Virus record (IMG/VR): IMGVR_UViG_3300050500_000054
Coordinates: 9,788-73,787 of that record
Length of the DNA stretch: 64,000 nucleotides
Direction: 5' to 3' (one strand)
Origin: a virus
Position 1 is the stretch's first letter. Every line of letters starts with the position of its first letter. The position numbers were made by a program, and so were the translations under genes. The notes beneath the pieces were generated by a model. It was not told the DNA's origin and ran no database searches. It saw only the letters and a program-made list of their open reading frames with translations. Positions 45,030 through 54,655 of the stretch are shown piece after piece.

Positions 45030-45944
45030 ATGAGTAAACCAACCCTCGCTGCCATCGTGGCACGGATGCAGGTTCCTGAGCTGACTGAAGGACACAAGGC
45101 AATCATCAATCGTGCCCTCAAGCAGTATGACACTGCTATCGTCCTCTTGGGAATCAGTGGTGCCCAACAGCCAACCGTAAACAACCCCTACTCGTTCGCT
45201 CAGAGGGTGTCTGTCATTCGGAGGCATGCACCTCACATCCACATCTACCCACTGCTGGACCACCCGAGCAATGAGCAGTGGACGAGGAACCTCGACAGAT
45301 TCCTCAGCCTGACGTTCCCTGGATACGAGGTATCTCTACTCTGTGGTCACAATAGTGGTGCTGAGAATGCCTACAAGGCACATGGAGGTAGATTCACGGT
45401 AGACGCATTCGCTGAGAACAGTGGGCAGCGAGGAACCGCAGTCCGTGAAAGCATCAGAGAGAACAACAGTGTGGACTTCCTCCGTGGTATGGCATATGCT
45501 CTGAACCAGCAATTCCACAACCCGTACCCCACTGTAGATATCGCTCTCATCGAGGGTGAAAGTGTGTGGATGGGGCGGAAGGCTGAGGATCCACACAATC
45601 TGTGGAGATTCCCTGGTGGGTTCGTAGAACCAGGCATGAGCCTCGAAGCCACTGTTCGTAAGGAGGCGTGGGAGGAACTTGGAGTGTCGAACCTGACTGA
45701 TCCAGTCTACCTCGGATCTACGATGATCGATGACTACCGCTACAAAGATTCTCCTGAGAGCATCCTCACCAGCATCTTCGCATGCAGTCAGATGAGTGGT
45801 CCTCGACCGAAGGCTGGAGACGACTTGGACGAAGCCCTTGCCATTCCGCTAGAGAACATCTTCGCTGACCCGAAGAGGTTCGTGATCTCAAACCACATCC
45901 CACTGGTCCATATCATCAAACAGAAAACGGGAGCCGCACTGTGA
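45030..45944 (+). CDS. bifunctional NMN adenylyltransferase / Nudix hydrolase (NadM-Nudix, NatV-like)
   Basis: N-terminal nucleotidyltransferase 'TEGHKAII' (HxGH-like); C-terminal Nudix box 'GGFVEPGMSLEATVRKEAWEELGV'. Confidence 0.65.
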   Translation: MSKPTLAAIVARMQVPELTEGHKAIINRALKQYDTAIVLLGISGAQQPTVNNPYSFAQRVSVIRRHAPHIHIYPLLDHPSNEQWTRNLDRFLSLTFPGYEVSLLCGHNSGAENAYKAHGGRFTVDAFAENSGQRGTAVRESIRENNSVDFLRGMAYALNQQFHNPYPTVDIALIEGESVWMGRKAEDPHNLWRFPGGFVEPGMSLEATVRKEAWEELGVSNLTDPVYLGSTMIDDYRYKDSPESILTSIFACSQMSGPRPKAGDDLDEALAIPLENIFADPKRFVISNHIPLVHIIKQKTGAAL

Positions 45945-47305
45945 CAAACCTCCTCCTGACCGATAGCTACAAGCACAGCCACGCAGAGCAGTATCCTCCT
46001 GGCACCAGCAAGGTCTACTCCTACTTCGAGAGTCGAGGTGGGAAGTATGACGAGACTGTGTTCTTCGGGCTGCAATATCTCCTCAAGAAATACCTCCAGG
46101 GAGCATTCGTCAAGCTCGATGACATCTTCGCTGCTGACAAGATGCTGTCCTCACACTTCGGGAAGAAGTTCGACAAAGCCAAGTGGCTGCACATCGTCGA
46201 GGCACACGCGGGCAGGCTCCCTGTAAGCATCCGTGCGCTGCCTGAGGGAACCGTGTGTGGAAACGGCAACGCGATGATGACGGTAGAGAATACCTGTCCT
46301 CAGTGCTACTGGGTGACGAACTGGATTGAAACACTCCTCGTCCAGACGTGGTATCCCACTACCGTAGCAACACAGTCCCGATACATCCGTAAGATGATCT
46401 TCGACTTCCTCCAGGCCAACGGCACGCCTGAGGGAATCGGGTTCAAACTCCACGACTTCGGCTTCCGTGGTGTGTCCAGTGTCGAGTCAGCTGGCCTGGG
46501 AGGTGCTGCCCATCTGGTGAACTTCTCAGGAACCGACACCTTGGCTGCCCTCTACATCGCCAGTGAATACTACGGTGAGGCATGTGCTGGGTTCAGCATC
46601 CCAGCATCCGAGCACTCTACCATCACAAGCTGGGGCAGGGAGCACGAGGTTGACGCCTTCCGCAACATGCTGGAGAAGTATCCAGAGGGCCTCGTTGCCT
46701 GCGTGAGTGACAGCTTCGACATCTTCAAGGCATGTGACGACCTGTGGGGAACGCAACTGAAGGATCGCATCCTCGCTCGTCCAGGCACTCTTGTCATCCG
46801 TCCTGACAGCGGTGATCCAATCTCCGTCATCATGACGATGCTGAGCATCCTCGGAGAACGGTTCGGGTATGAACTCAACAGCAAGGGATTCAAGTCCCTC
46901 GACCCGCATGTCCGCATCATCCAGGGTGATGGCGTGAATGCAGTCACCATCATGAACATCATCAGTGCCATGCACGACCAGGGCTGGTCGGCTGACAACA
47001 TCGCATTCGGGATGGGTGGAGCACTGTTGCAGGACCTCAACCGCGACACCAACAGGTTCGCATTCAAGTGCTCCTCGGTGACTGTCAACGGGGAGGAACG
47101 CGACGTGTGGAAGGATCCAACCACTGATGCTGGGAAGATCAGCAAGCGTGGGAGGTTGGTGGTTCTGCCTACGGCTCATGGGTTGGCGACATTCCGAGAG
47201 AATGCAGCGAACATCACAGACAACCAGTTGCATGAGGTGTTCCGCGATGGACGGTTGTTGGTGGATCAGAAGTTCTCCGACGTTCGAACGAGAGCGAGGG
47301 GCTGA
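45941..47305 (+). CDS. nadV: nicotinamide phosphoribosyltransferase (NAMPT/NadV)
   Basis: N-terminal 'TDSYKHSHAEQYP' and 'GFRGVSS', 'GTDT' motifs typical of NAMPT; 454 aa; ATGA-coupled to upstream NMNAT gene. Confidence 0.7.
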   Translation: MTNLLLTDSYKHSHAEQYPPGTSKVYSYFESRGGKYDETVFFGLQYLLKKYLQGAFVKLDDIFAADKMLSSHFGKKFDKAKWLHIVEAHAGRLPVSIRALPEGTVCGNGNAMMTVENTCPQCYWVTNWIETLLVQTWYPTTVATQSRYIRKMIFDFLQANGTPEGIGFKLHDFGFRGVSSVESAGLGGAAHLVNFSGTDTLAALYIASEYYGEACAGFSIPASEHSTITSWGREHEVDAFRNMLEKYPEGLVACVSDSFDIFKACDDLWGTQLKDRILARPGTLVIRPDSGDPISVIMTMLSILGERFGYELNSKGFKSLDPHVRIIQGDGVNAVTIMNIISAMHDQGWSADNIAFGMGGALLQDLNRDTNRFAFKCSSVTVNGEERDVWKDPTTDAGKISKRGRLVVLPTAHGLATFRENAANITDNQLHEVFRDGRLLVDQKFSDVRTRARG

Positions 47306-47508
47306 TGACTCCCAAAGAGAAGTATCTGTGTCGTGTTCTTGCTAGGCTGATTGATACCAAGTTCGATGGTGAGGTATACCAATTTGAAGAAGCGAACGAG
47401 GTGGTAGAGAGGTTCATTGAAGTTCACAACGAGGATACGCCTTGTCGCTACGAATACGAATGCGTAATGACAGGCCGGTGCCCTCGTGATCCGGTTTGTA
47501 ACAACTGA
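47305..47508 (+). CDS. small hypothetical protein
   Basis: 67 aa, ATGA-coupled. Confidence 0.3.
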   Translation: MTPKEKYLCRVLARLIDTKFDGEVYQFEEANEVVERFIEVHNEDTPCRYEYECVMTGRCPRDPVCNN

Positions 47509-47517
47509 GGAGTTGAG

Positions 47518-48003
47518 ATGATGACACTACCACTTTCCCTAGTAATTATCCACTTTCTGGGTGATTTCCTCGCCCAGAACGATTGGATGGCGATCCACAA
47601 GTCCAAGCGGTTGGATGCCCTCACGCTCCACGTCTTGGCCTACACGTCTGTCCTCTTTGTGGTCCTCATCTCCTTGGACTACAGGAGTGACTTGGCTCTA
47701 TTGTTCGCTGTGACCACCTTCCTCGCTCACTGGGTGACGGATTTCTTCACGTCCAAGCTGAGTAGGAAGCTGTTCTGGATGACTGGTCCATACACCGGAG
47801 TTACCCAGCTGAGGATGGGACAGCCAGAGAATGTTGAGGGTGCTACTACCATGCACTTCCCAACAGGTGAAACCGTCTACATCGACCACGAGGGCCAAGG
47901 CATACAGTCCCGCCACTGGTTCTTCTGCTGGATTGGATTCGATCAGGTCCTCCACTACGTCCAGCTGGCTGTGACGTATCAGTGGTTGTTTGGAGGCGTG
48001 TGA
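47518..48003 (+). CDS. multi-pass membrane protein (DUF3307-like HxxxDxxxQ motif)
   Basis: 'HFLGDFLAQNDW' and three or more hydrophobic helices. Confidence 0.35.
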   Translation: MMTLPLSLVIIHFLGDFLAQNDWMAIHKSKRLDALTLHVLAYTSVLFVVLISLDYRSDLALLFAVTTFLAHWVTDFFTSKLSRKLFWMTGPYTGVTQLRMGQPENVEGATTMHFPTGETVYIDHEGQGIQSRHWFFCWIGFDQVLHYVQLAVTYQWLFGGV

Positions 48004-48158
48004 TGTTCATGTGCAAGAACTGCCACGACGAGAATGCACACTTCGGATTTTTCAAAAGCATCGGTCCATGTGAAGGCTGCGGTAAGACAGCTGCTTGCAT
48101 TGACTGCCACAACATGAACTGCTGTCCTCGAAAGAAAGAAGCAGGCCAAGAAGACTAA
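48003..48158 (+). CDS. small Cys-rich protein
   Basis: MFMCKNCHDENAHFGFFKSIGPCEGCGKTAACIDCHNMNCCPRKK; about 51 aa; hand-translated. Confidence 0.3.
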   Translation: MFMCKNCHDENAHFGFFKSIGPCEGCGKTAACIDCHNMNCCPRKKEAGQED

Positions 48159-48200
48159 GAAACCGTAACGAAGATTTCCCCCTCGACCCTAGGAGCATCA

Positions 48201-49157
48201 ATGAAACTACGCCACCTCACCCTTCTCGCACTGCTGATCGCAACTCCCGCATCAGGTCAGCAGCTGTTCTGGGATCAGCCATCAATGTCACCATCGGAGG
48301 CCCAGGTAGCAACCTACCACATCCTCCTCAACGGTGCTCAGGCAGCATCACCTCTCATCCAGGTGTGTTCTGCAACCGACGTGACCACTTGTTCAGCTGC
48401 CCTCCCAGGTGCTCAGGCTCCTGGCACCTATCAGCTGGGGCTACGTGTCACAACTCCAACTGGAACTGCCCTCAGCTCAACTATCCCGTGGGTTGTTGGC
48501 AATCAGCAGCCACCTCCTGAACCTGTAAAGCCAACCACACCTGTGCTGACAGCAACAGTGACTGGACCTAACAGTGTGCGCCTCTCTTGGATCGACGTAT
48601 CCAACGGTGCTGGTGGTGTAGCAAGTTATAACCTACGACAGTCACCGCCTCCTCATGCCTGGGGCCTAGGTCCTGGTAGCCCTGTCATCGACCTCGGACT
48701 AGTGGCTGGGTTGAGTGTAGGACAGACACGCACGTTCGATGTAACCACCCTCGCATCTAACACTGTGTACGACTTCCAGATGGTCGCCTACCGTGCTAAC
48801 CCTGCTGGTTCAGCACAGCAATTCAGTGACCTCAGCAATGTGGTGCAGATCAAGACACCTGCTGTAACTACACCACCTGTGCCTCCTGTGGATCCCATCA
48901 CAAAGGCAAGTATCACCAATCGTCGCTGTGACATCACGCTAGTAGTCGAAGTTCCTCTCTCCTACAACGGAGTCGGTAGACTACAGGTTCAACAACTGGT
49001 AGGCTCTACGTGGACGAACGTCAGCTCTCCCATCCAGAGAGCACCGTATAGCCTCACCCGTGACAACATCAACCACGGGACGAAGTTCCGAGGTTCGTGG
49101 TCAAAGACTGGTGCCAATGGGCAACTGTCTCAGGAAGCAACCGTTAATTGCCCATAA
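48201..49157 (+). CDS. secreted beta-rich protein (FN3/Ig-like repeats)
   Basis: signal peptide MKLRHLTLLALLIATPASG; Thr/Pro/Val-rich beta pattern. Confidence 0.4.
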   Translation: MKLRHLTLLALLIATPASGQQLFWDQPSMSPSEAQVATYHILLNGAQAASPLIQVCSATDVTTCSAALPGAQAPGTYQLGLRVTTPTGTALSSTIPWVVGNQQPPPEPVKPTTPVLTATVTGPNSVRLSWIDVSNGAGGVASYNLRQSPPPHAWGLGPGSPVIDLGLVAGLSVGQTRTFDVTTLASNTVYDFQMVAYRANPAGSAQQFSDLSNVVQIKTPAVTTPPVPPVDPITKASITNRRCDITLVVEVPLSYNGVGRLQVQQLVGSTWTNVSSPIQRAPYSLTRDNINHGTKFRGSWSKTGANGQLSQEATVNCP

Positions 49158-49320
49158 TGGGATCAACACCTGGAGCTAACAAGGAGCGAAAGGCTCTGTT
49201 AGACAAGAACAAGGAAATCAATTGCGGCCACTGTCCATACAACCGTGGAGAGAACCGTAAACGAGTCCCTCGTGAACGAGTCGAGAAGTATCGTAAACTC
49301 TACGAAAGGAAGAGGAAACC

Positions 49321-49749
49321 GTGAAAACAATCAACAGCAGCTCAACCATCGCCCGTTTCGCCTATCGTCAGACATGGCCATTCAACGTCCTAGGATGGGA
49401 AGCGAGGATGCCATCTCAGACATCACTCTGCCCTCTGTTCTGGCGCACAGCTGTCGGTAGCCCTGTGATATGGCTGCTGGGTGTGGTTTGCATCGCTACG
49501 CTGATTCCTCTGTTCTATGTGACTACCTACCCTGTTGTAGTGGGTGTGATGGCATTGAAGAAGAAAATCAACAGGGCAAAGCACGCACGCTGGGAGAAAC
49601 TTACAAGCCTCTCTCCAGAGGAATACCGTGCCCGTAAAGAGGCCAGCATCGGTTACAAGCTGGATCAGTTCATGTCCCTCCTCTTCGACTTCGTTGCTGC
49701 GAAGAAGGAAAAGGTCTGCCCAACAATTCGTATCAATTACAAGAAGTAG
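49321..49749 (+). CDS. membrane protein
   Basis: two TM helices then basic tail. Confidence 0.3.
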   Translation: MKTINSSSTIARFAYRQTWPFNVLGWEARMPSQTSLCPLFWRTAVGSPVIWLLGVVCIATLIPLFYVTTYPVVVGVMALKKKINRAKHARWEKLTSLSPEEYRARKEASIGYKLDQFMSLLFDFVAAKKEKVCPTIRINYKK

Positions 49750-49757
49750 GAGAACAC

Positions 49758-49994
49758 ATGAAACTGTTCCTCTTCATGATGTGGATCATTGCGATCCTCG
49801 CAGCCATTAGCTGCACCCCAGTAACTCAGCCATCAGATGCTGTGGACGCACCACGACAACCAAGAAACTCACTTGGTGTTAGATACCTAGGTGATGGAAT
49901 CTACCTCATGGAGACTCCTCATCGTTGCATCTTCACAATCTTTGGTAATGGTATTGCTGTAGTAGACCACAACCCTGCCATTGGATGTCTATAA
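49758..49994 (+). CDS. small lipoprotein
   Basis: signal with lipobox-like 'LAAISC'. Confidence 0.35.
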   Translation: MKLFLFMMWIIAILAAISCTPVTQPSDAVDAPRQPRNSLGVRYLGDGIYLMETPHRCIFTIFGNGIAVVDHNPAIGCL

Positions 49995-50003
49995 GGAGAA
50001 AAC

Positions 50004-50525
50004 ATGGACCGCACAATCTCAATCATCGCTGGCCTCATCATCGCTGCCGCCGTAGTCAAGGGCTGCTCGTCGTCTACGCCTGCGGCTCCGACTCCTCCAT
50101 CCCAGCAAACCGCCGTGGATGCCGTCCCAGCACCTGAGCCGTTCTGCCTCTCCTTCGCTCCGAAGCTGGAGGAACCCAATGTCCAGCAGAGTCAGGCTGG
50201 CCCGAGAGTTGAACTGGAGTATTACCCGATCCTCAACACCGTCACTGGTAAGCTGATCTCCCGCTACGAGGTCCTCTTCCAGCGAATGAGTTTTCAGAAC
50301 GTCTGGGAAGATGTATCCATCCCATACGTCCAAGTTGAGGTCGATCCAAACAGAGACAAGCATTTCATCTCATGGCTGATTCGCAACGACCCTGACGGTG
50401 AGGGACGTGGTGGACCGAATGGCACCTACCGTGCTCTAGTTCGTGCTCACCTGGGTGAGGAATGCCACCCTGCTCGTCGTCTAACTGACTGGGCAACCTC
50501 AGAGACATTCTCGGTAAGCCAATGA
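50004..50525 (+). CDS. lipoprotein
   Basis: 'AAVVKGC' lipobox then Pro/Ala-rich linker. Confidence 0.35.
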   Translation: MDRTISIIAGLIIAAAVVKGCSSSTPAAPTPPSQQTAVDAVPAPEPFCLSFAPKLEEPNVQQSQAGPRVELEYYPILNTVTGKLISRYEVLFQRMSFQNVWEDVSIPYVQVEVDPNRDKHFISWLIRNDPDGEGRGGPNGTYRALVRAHLGEECHPARRLTDWATSETFSVSQ

Positions 50526-51571
50526 CAAGCCCATACGGAACACTACACCTCGTAGCCAAGAACGGAGAAGTCGTGACCAGTTGGCACAGCTATCCATCGA
50601 TCTACAACCTCGGCCACAAGGCTATTGACAAGCTCCTCGACCGCCCTGTTCTGGTAGAGGAGAAAGTCGATGGCAGCCAGTTCAGCTTCGGTTACTTCCC
50701 CGATGCAGAACCCGGCCTCGAACTGAAAGTGAAGTCAAAGGGAGCTATCATCCATGTGGACGCGCCTCCAGCAATGTTCCGCAAAGCTGTGGAAACGGTT
50801 AAGAGGATCGCCACAGAGGTGGGACTACGCAGCGGGTGGACATACCGTGGAGAGGTCCTGGCGAATCCACACCACAACACTCTCGCTTACGATCGTGCGC
50901 CCACTGGGAACATCATCATCTTCGACATCAACACTGGGGAAGAGGCATACCTGGATTACGATTCGAAGGCCGAGGAAGCAAAGCGCCTTGGTCTGGAAGT
51001 CGTCCCGCTCGTGTTTCGAGGTATCGTTCCAAGTATTGAAGCCTTTCGAGAACTGATCGACAAGCCCTCGATCCTTGGCGGTCAGAAGATGGAAGGTGTC
51101 GTGATCAAGCCAGAGGATTACCTCTACTTTGGTCTTGACAAGAAAGTCCTCATGGGCAAGTTCGTGAGTGAAAAGTTCCGTGAGGTCCACGGAGCAAGTT
51201 GGAGGGCAGCGAATCCGACCACTGGAGATATCATCCAGGTTCTCGGAGAACGCTACCGCACCCCTGCACGGTGGAACAAGGCTATTCAGCATCTCGACGA
51301 GGCTGGTAAGCTGGAATACTCCGTGCGGGACATTGGTAAGCTGATTGGTGAGATCGGTCCTGACATCGAGCGTGAGTGCAAGGATGAAATCATGGAAGAC
51401 CTCTATGCCTACGCTCGTAAGCACCTCATCCGTCACTGGACCAGAGGGTTCCCCGAGCACTACAAGGAACTCCTCCTGGAGCGTCAGTTCGAGAAGTATC
51501 AGGAACCCCCAGACATCGCACCTCCTGGGGTGGAAGTGTTTGAACAATTCCCGGAGGAACCCAAGTCATGA
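50522..51571 (+). CDS. RNA ligase (Rnl2/DRB0094-like nucleotidyltransferase)
   Basis: adenylylation motif I 'EEKVDGSQF' (KxDG), downstream 'WTYRGEVL', 'EGVVIK', 'KFVSEKFRE' fit ligase motifs III-V. Confidence 0.6.
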   Translation: MTSPYGTLHLVAKNGEVVTSWHSYPSIYNLGHKAIDKLLDRPVLVEEKVDGSQFSFGYFPDAEPGLELKVKSKGAIIHVDAPPAMFRKAVETVKRIATEVGLRSGWTYRGEVLANPHHNTLAYDRAPTGNIIIFDINTGEEAYLDYDSKAEEAKRLGLEVVPLVFRGIVPSIEAFRELIDKPSILGGQKMEGVVIKPEDYLYFGLDKKVLMGKFVSEKFREVHGASWRAANPTTGDIIQVLGERYRTPARWNKAIQHLDEAGKLEYSVRDIGKLIGEIGPDIERECKDEIMEDLYAYARKHLIRHWTRGFPEHYKELLLERQFEKYQEPPDIAPPGVEVFEQFPEEPKS

Positions 51572-51774
51572 AGCTGAGAGAACTACTGGAACGACTGGAA
51601 GGATACGGACCTGAGACGGAAATCCTCGTTCCCAGTTTCGATCACTCCTACCGAAGCCTCACCGTTGTCGATGGCATCGGTAAGGTGGTCAATCGCGGTG
51701 GTGAGTGGACGGACGAAAACGACAACCTCGAATCCGATGTCAAGAGAGCCGTTGACGGCATCTGCTTGGAGTGA
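51568..51774 (+). CDS. small hypothetical protein
   Basis: 68 aa, ATGA-coupled. Confidence 0.3.
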   Translation: MKLRELLERLEGYGPETEILVPSFDHSYRSLTVVDGIGKVVNRGGEWTDENDNLESDVKRAVDGICLE

Positions 51775-51912
51775 TGATGACACCAGAAGTATCGAACGCG
51801 CTGGCTGATCTGCTCTACACGCTGAACTTCGCCCTGAAGGCTGGGATGGTTGTTTTCCTCCTCGCTTTTCTAGCAGGCGTCATCTCCGGTGCTGTTGGTG
51901 GGGCTGCAGAAG

Positions 51913-52320
51913 ATGGAAAGAAAGGAGACGTTCGTGGCTAACCTCAACCCTGTCAAGGACTGCTGTGGGATTACGGAGATCGGGAATATCTCCATGCATG
52001 AAGATCCAGAGGATGTCCTCAAGGATATCTATCATCGGATCATCAACGGAGTGAACTACGACAACCCAGTCCAATACTCCAGGAAGAGGCGTCCGTTTTT
52101 CCTCTTCTCCGGTGTGACCACTCGGCATGTCATGGATCATGCCTCAAACCGACCTGACAACTACGGTCAGGCGCTGGAGGACTACATCCGTTCTCATGGG
52201 CTGGGTAAGGTCGTCTCCACCACACCCACCAAGAACTGGTCTGGGAATGATCTCAAGGTGTGGATCTGGACTGCTGATCTGTTTGCTCTGGAGATGTGGG
52301 GAAAGGAACGAGGACTCTGA
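51913..52320 (+). CDS. hypothetical protein
   Basis: internal Met MERKETFVANLNP of ORF 51889..52320. Confidence 0.3.
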   Translation: MERKETFVANLNPVKDCCGITEIGNISMHEDPEDVLKDIYHRIINGVNYDNPVQYSRKRRPFFLFSGVTTRHVMDHASNRPDNYGQALEDYIRSHGLGKVVSTTPTKNWSGNDLKVWIWTADLFALEMWGKERGL

Positions 52321-52571
52321 TGTATACCAAGACTGTCACAAACTTCAACACATGGCACAAGTATAAAGTGCCGTGGTGGAGGTTCGGACCATTCGCAGTC
52401 CAACTTGGCAATAGCAGCTGTGTAAACGGACAGTTCGTTACTACCTACGCCTCACCTGGTGATGAGGTAGCCAGGGTGCTGGGTTACTACATGTGTGACT
52501 GGCGCTACAGGAAACTCAATGATCCATACGTCAAGATGGGTCATGAGGAAACCGGAATACTTCCACGATAG
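52320..52571 (+). CDS. hypothetical protein
   Basis: about 84 aa MYTKTVTNFNTWHKYKVPWW... Confidence 0.3.
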   Translation: MYTKTVTNFNTWHKYKVPWWRFGPFAVQLGNSSCVNGQFVTTYASPGDEVARVLGYYMCDWRYRKLNDPYVKMGHEETGILPR

Positions 52572-52579
52572 GAGTCACG

Positions 52580-52948
52580 ATGCACAAGATTTTCGTATAC
52601 GGCACTCTCATGGCAGGCTGTGGCAATCACCGCCTCCTGAAGGACTCGAAGTTCCTCCAGGGCGGCCGAACGCTACCGCACTTCACAATGATCTCCCTCG
52701 GTGGGTTCCCTGGTGTCCTCCCAGACGGCAAGAATGCCATCGAAGGTGAGGTCTACGAGGTATCCGATCAGGACCTCATCCATCTGGATCAACTGGAAGG
52801 GCATCCAGACTGGTATCGTAGAACGCCGACACGACTGCAAGACGGCACGGAGGTGGAAATTTACCTCTACCCGGAAGCACCGCCTCGGGTTCATGTAATC
52901 GAATCAGGCAGTTGGAGACAGTATCGAGGAGGAGTGCATGGCCGTTAG
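52580..52948 (+). CDS. gamma-glutamyl cyclotransferase-like (AIG2/GGCT fold)
   Basis: 'KIFVYGTLMAGCGNHRLL' (YGTL...G) plus catalytic Glu candidate 'IEGEVYEV'. Confidence 0.6.
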   Translation: MHKIFVYGTLMAGCGNHRLLKDSKFLQGGRTLPHFTMISLGGFPGVLPDGKNAIEGEVYEVSDQDLIHLDQLEGHPDWYRRTPTRLQDGTEVEIYLYPEAPPRVHVIESGSWRQYRGGVHGR

Positions 52949-54146
52949 CAAACCCATGATGATCTACAGCGATAACGCCACTATCGGCTGTGATCCAGAA
53001 GTATTCGCCAGAGACAAGGAGGGCACGGTTGTGGCATCCGATGTCCTCATCCCTGCGAAGGGACTGTTAGTGGATGGAGGTTACGGTCTAGCATCTGTGG
53101 TTCGTGATGGTGTTCAGATTGAACTGCACCCTTCACCGACCTCGTGCCGAGCAAATGTCAGCAATAGTCTCCAGAAGTGCTTCAGGACACTTGCCAAGGC
53201 GGCCACTGAGAAGGGCCTCCAAATCTCCTTCGATCAGGTCGTGACACTGGACAAGAAGGCACTCGCTGGGATGTCTGAGGATGCTCAGCGCCTCCGGTGT
53301 CTCCCAAGCTTCAACGCCTACAACGCTGTCGGTCAGACAGTGGATGGCAAGAAGTATCGGAAGCGTAGTGGTGCTGGTCATATCCACGTCGGGTCCGGTG
53401 TTTTCGGTCCTGACAAGACTTACATCGATCACAACAAGGGCATCAAGGCATTCGACATGCTTGTTGGCATCCCTGCTGTCCTCTGCGATCGTGATCCAGG
53501 TGCTGCGGAACGTCGTAAGGTGTATGGCCTGGCTGGTGAATATCGCCTCCCAAGTCACGGTGTGGAATACCGCACCTTGTCGAACTTCTGGCTTCGCAAC
53601 TATGCCCTGTTCAGCCTCTTCGCTGGGATGGCAAAGATTGCACATGGGGTGGCGATAACTGAATACTACGTCAAGCGGCATGCATACATCTTCAAGGCAA
53701 CTGGGATGTATGACCGCTACCACGACAGGCCGATGGAAATCCTCATGGACGGTGTGGATGAGATGGACTTGCAGGATGCCATCAACCACAACGACTTTGA
53801 CCTCGCCCTGAAAATCTACGATAAGCACGTAGAGCCATTCCTCAAGACCGTAAAGTCTGAGTATGGCATCATGGGACAGCGGCAGTTTTCTCCGTCGAGT
53901 GGAAACCTCGACGAGTTCCGTCACTTTTTCACGAAGATCAAGGAAGAGGGCCTCGGTTACTGGTTCAAGGAAGAACCACTTCAGCACTGGCTTACGAAGC
54001 GTGAAGGGCACGGCACCGGATGGGAGGATGGCTTTGTACCCACAATCCGTGCTGACATGGCAGCTACGAAGAAGAAAATCATCAAGGTCGGAGCCAACGT
54101 GGCGAGGCTCCGAGATGCTCGTGGTCGATTCGCCAAAGTTGCATAG
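52938..54146 (+). CDS. glutamine-synthetase-like carboxylate-amine ligase (GCS2/YbdK-type amidoligase)
   Basis: N-terminal 'IGCDPEVF' (GxExE-like) and central 'GAGHIHVGSG' matching the YbdK 'GxHVHVG' motif. Confidence 0.5.
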   Translation: MAVSKPMMIYSDNATIGCDPEVFARDKEGTVVASDVLIPAKGLLVDGGYGLASVVRDGVQIELHPSPTSCRANVSNSLQKCFRTLAKAATEKGLQISFDQVVTLDKKALAGMSEDAQRLRCLPSFNAYNAVGQTVDGKKYRKRSGAGHIHVGSGVFGPDKTYIDHNKGIKAFDMLVGIPAVLCDRDPGAAERRKVYGLAGEYRLPSHGVEYRTLSNFWLRNYALFSLFAGMAKIAHGVAITEYYVKRHAYIFKATGMYDRYHDRPMEILMDGVDEMDLQDAINHNDFDLALKIYDKHVEPFLKTVKSEYGIMGQRQFSPSSGNLDEFRHFFTKIKEEGLGYWFKEEPLQHWLTKREGHGTGWEDGFVPTIRADMAATKKKIIKVGANVARLRDARGRFAKVA

Positions 54147-54155
54147 GGAGGTCAG

Positions 54156-54650
54156 ATGGAAACAAACGTAGTTGCAGAGGGTGGAGATGTGGTTATCTCC
54201 ACACGCCTTCGACGCACCAAAGATGGTCTGATGGTGAATGTCAAGGTTTCCCCAGAGGTGGAGGAACTATTCCGCACCTGGGGTGGGGCACGGACGGAGG
54301 AGTGTAAGCTCTATGGCAGGATGTGGAAGCCTGTCACTGAGACTCAGCAGCTCCAGCTGTGGCGATGCTTCCAGACGCATCACAACACCGGAGGACACTC
54401 ATCAACCCCAATCTTCTGGAAGGGCGGACGGCTGCCTATGGAGGATGGAATTGTTGACATCTCGTTCATTCGACTCGTAGGAGCGAGCAACCCTGAGGGA
54501 GTTACCTTCTACGTAGATACCCTCATTGGCTACTCTGAACTTGATTCCGTCGCGGATAAGATCAAGACAGCCACTGGATGGTTCTATGGCGAATTCGTCA
54601 AGCCTGTGGAACTGAAGATTGACGTGCAACTGTTGAATGGAGGACGCTAG
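54156..54650 (+). CDS. hypothetical protein within the amidoligase cluster
   Basis: 164 aa, ATG 8 nt after previous stop. Confidence 0.3.
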   Translation: METNVVAEGGDVVISTRLRRTKDGLMVNVKVSPEVEELFRTWGGARTEECKLYGRMWKPVTETQQLQLWRCFQTHHNTGGHSSTPIFWKGGRLPMEDGIVDISFIRLVGASNPEGVTFYVDTLIGYSELDSVADKIKTATGWFYGEFVKPVELKIDVQLLNGGR

Positions 54651-54655
54651 TTGCC

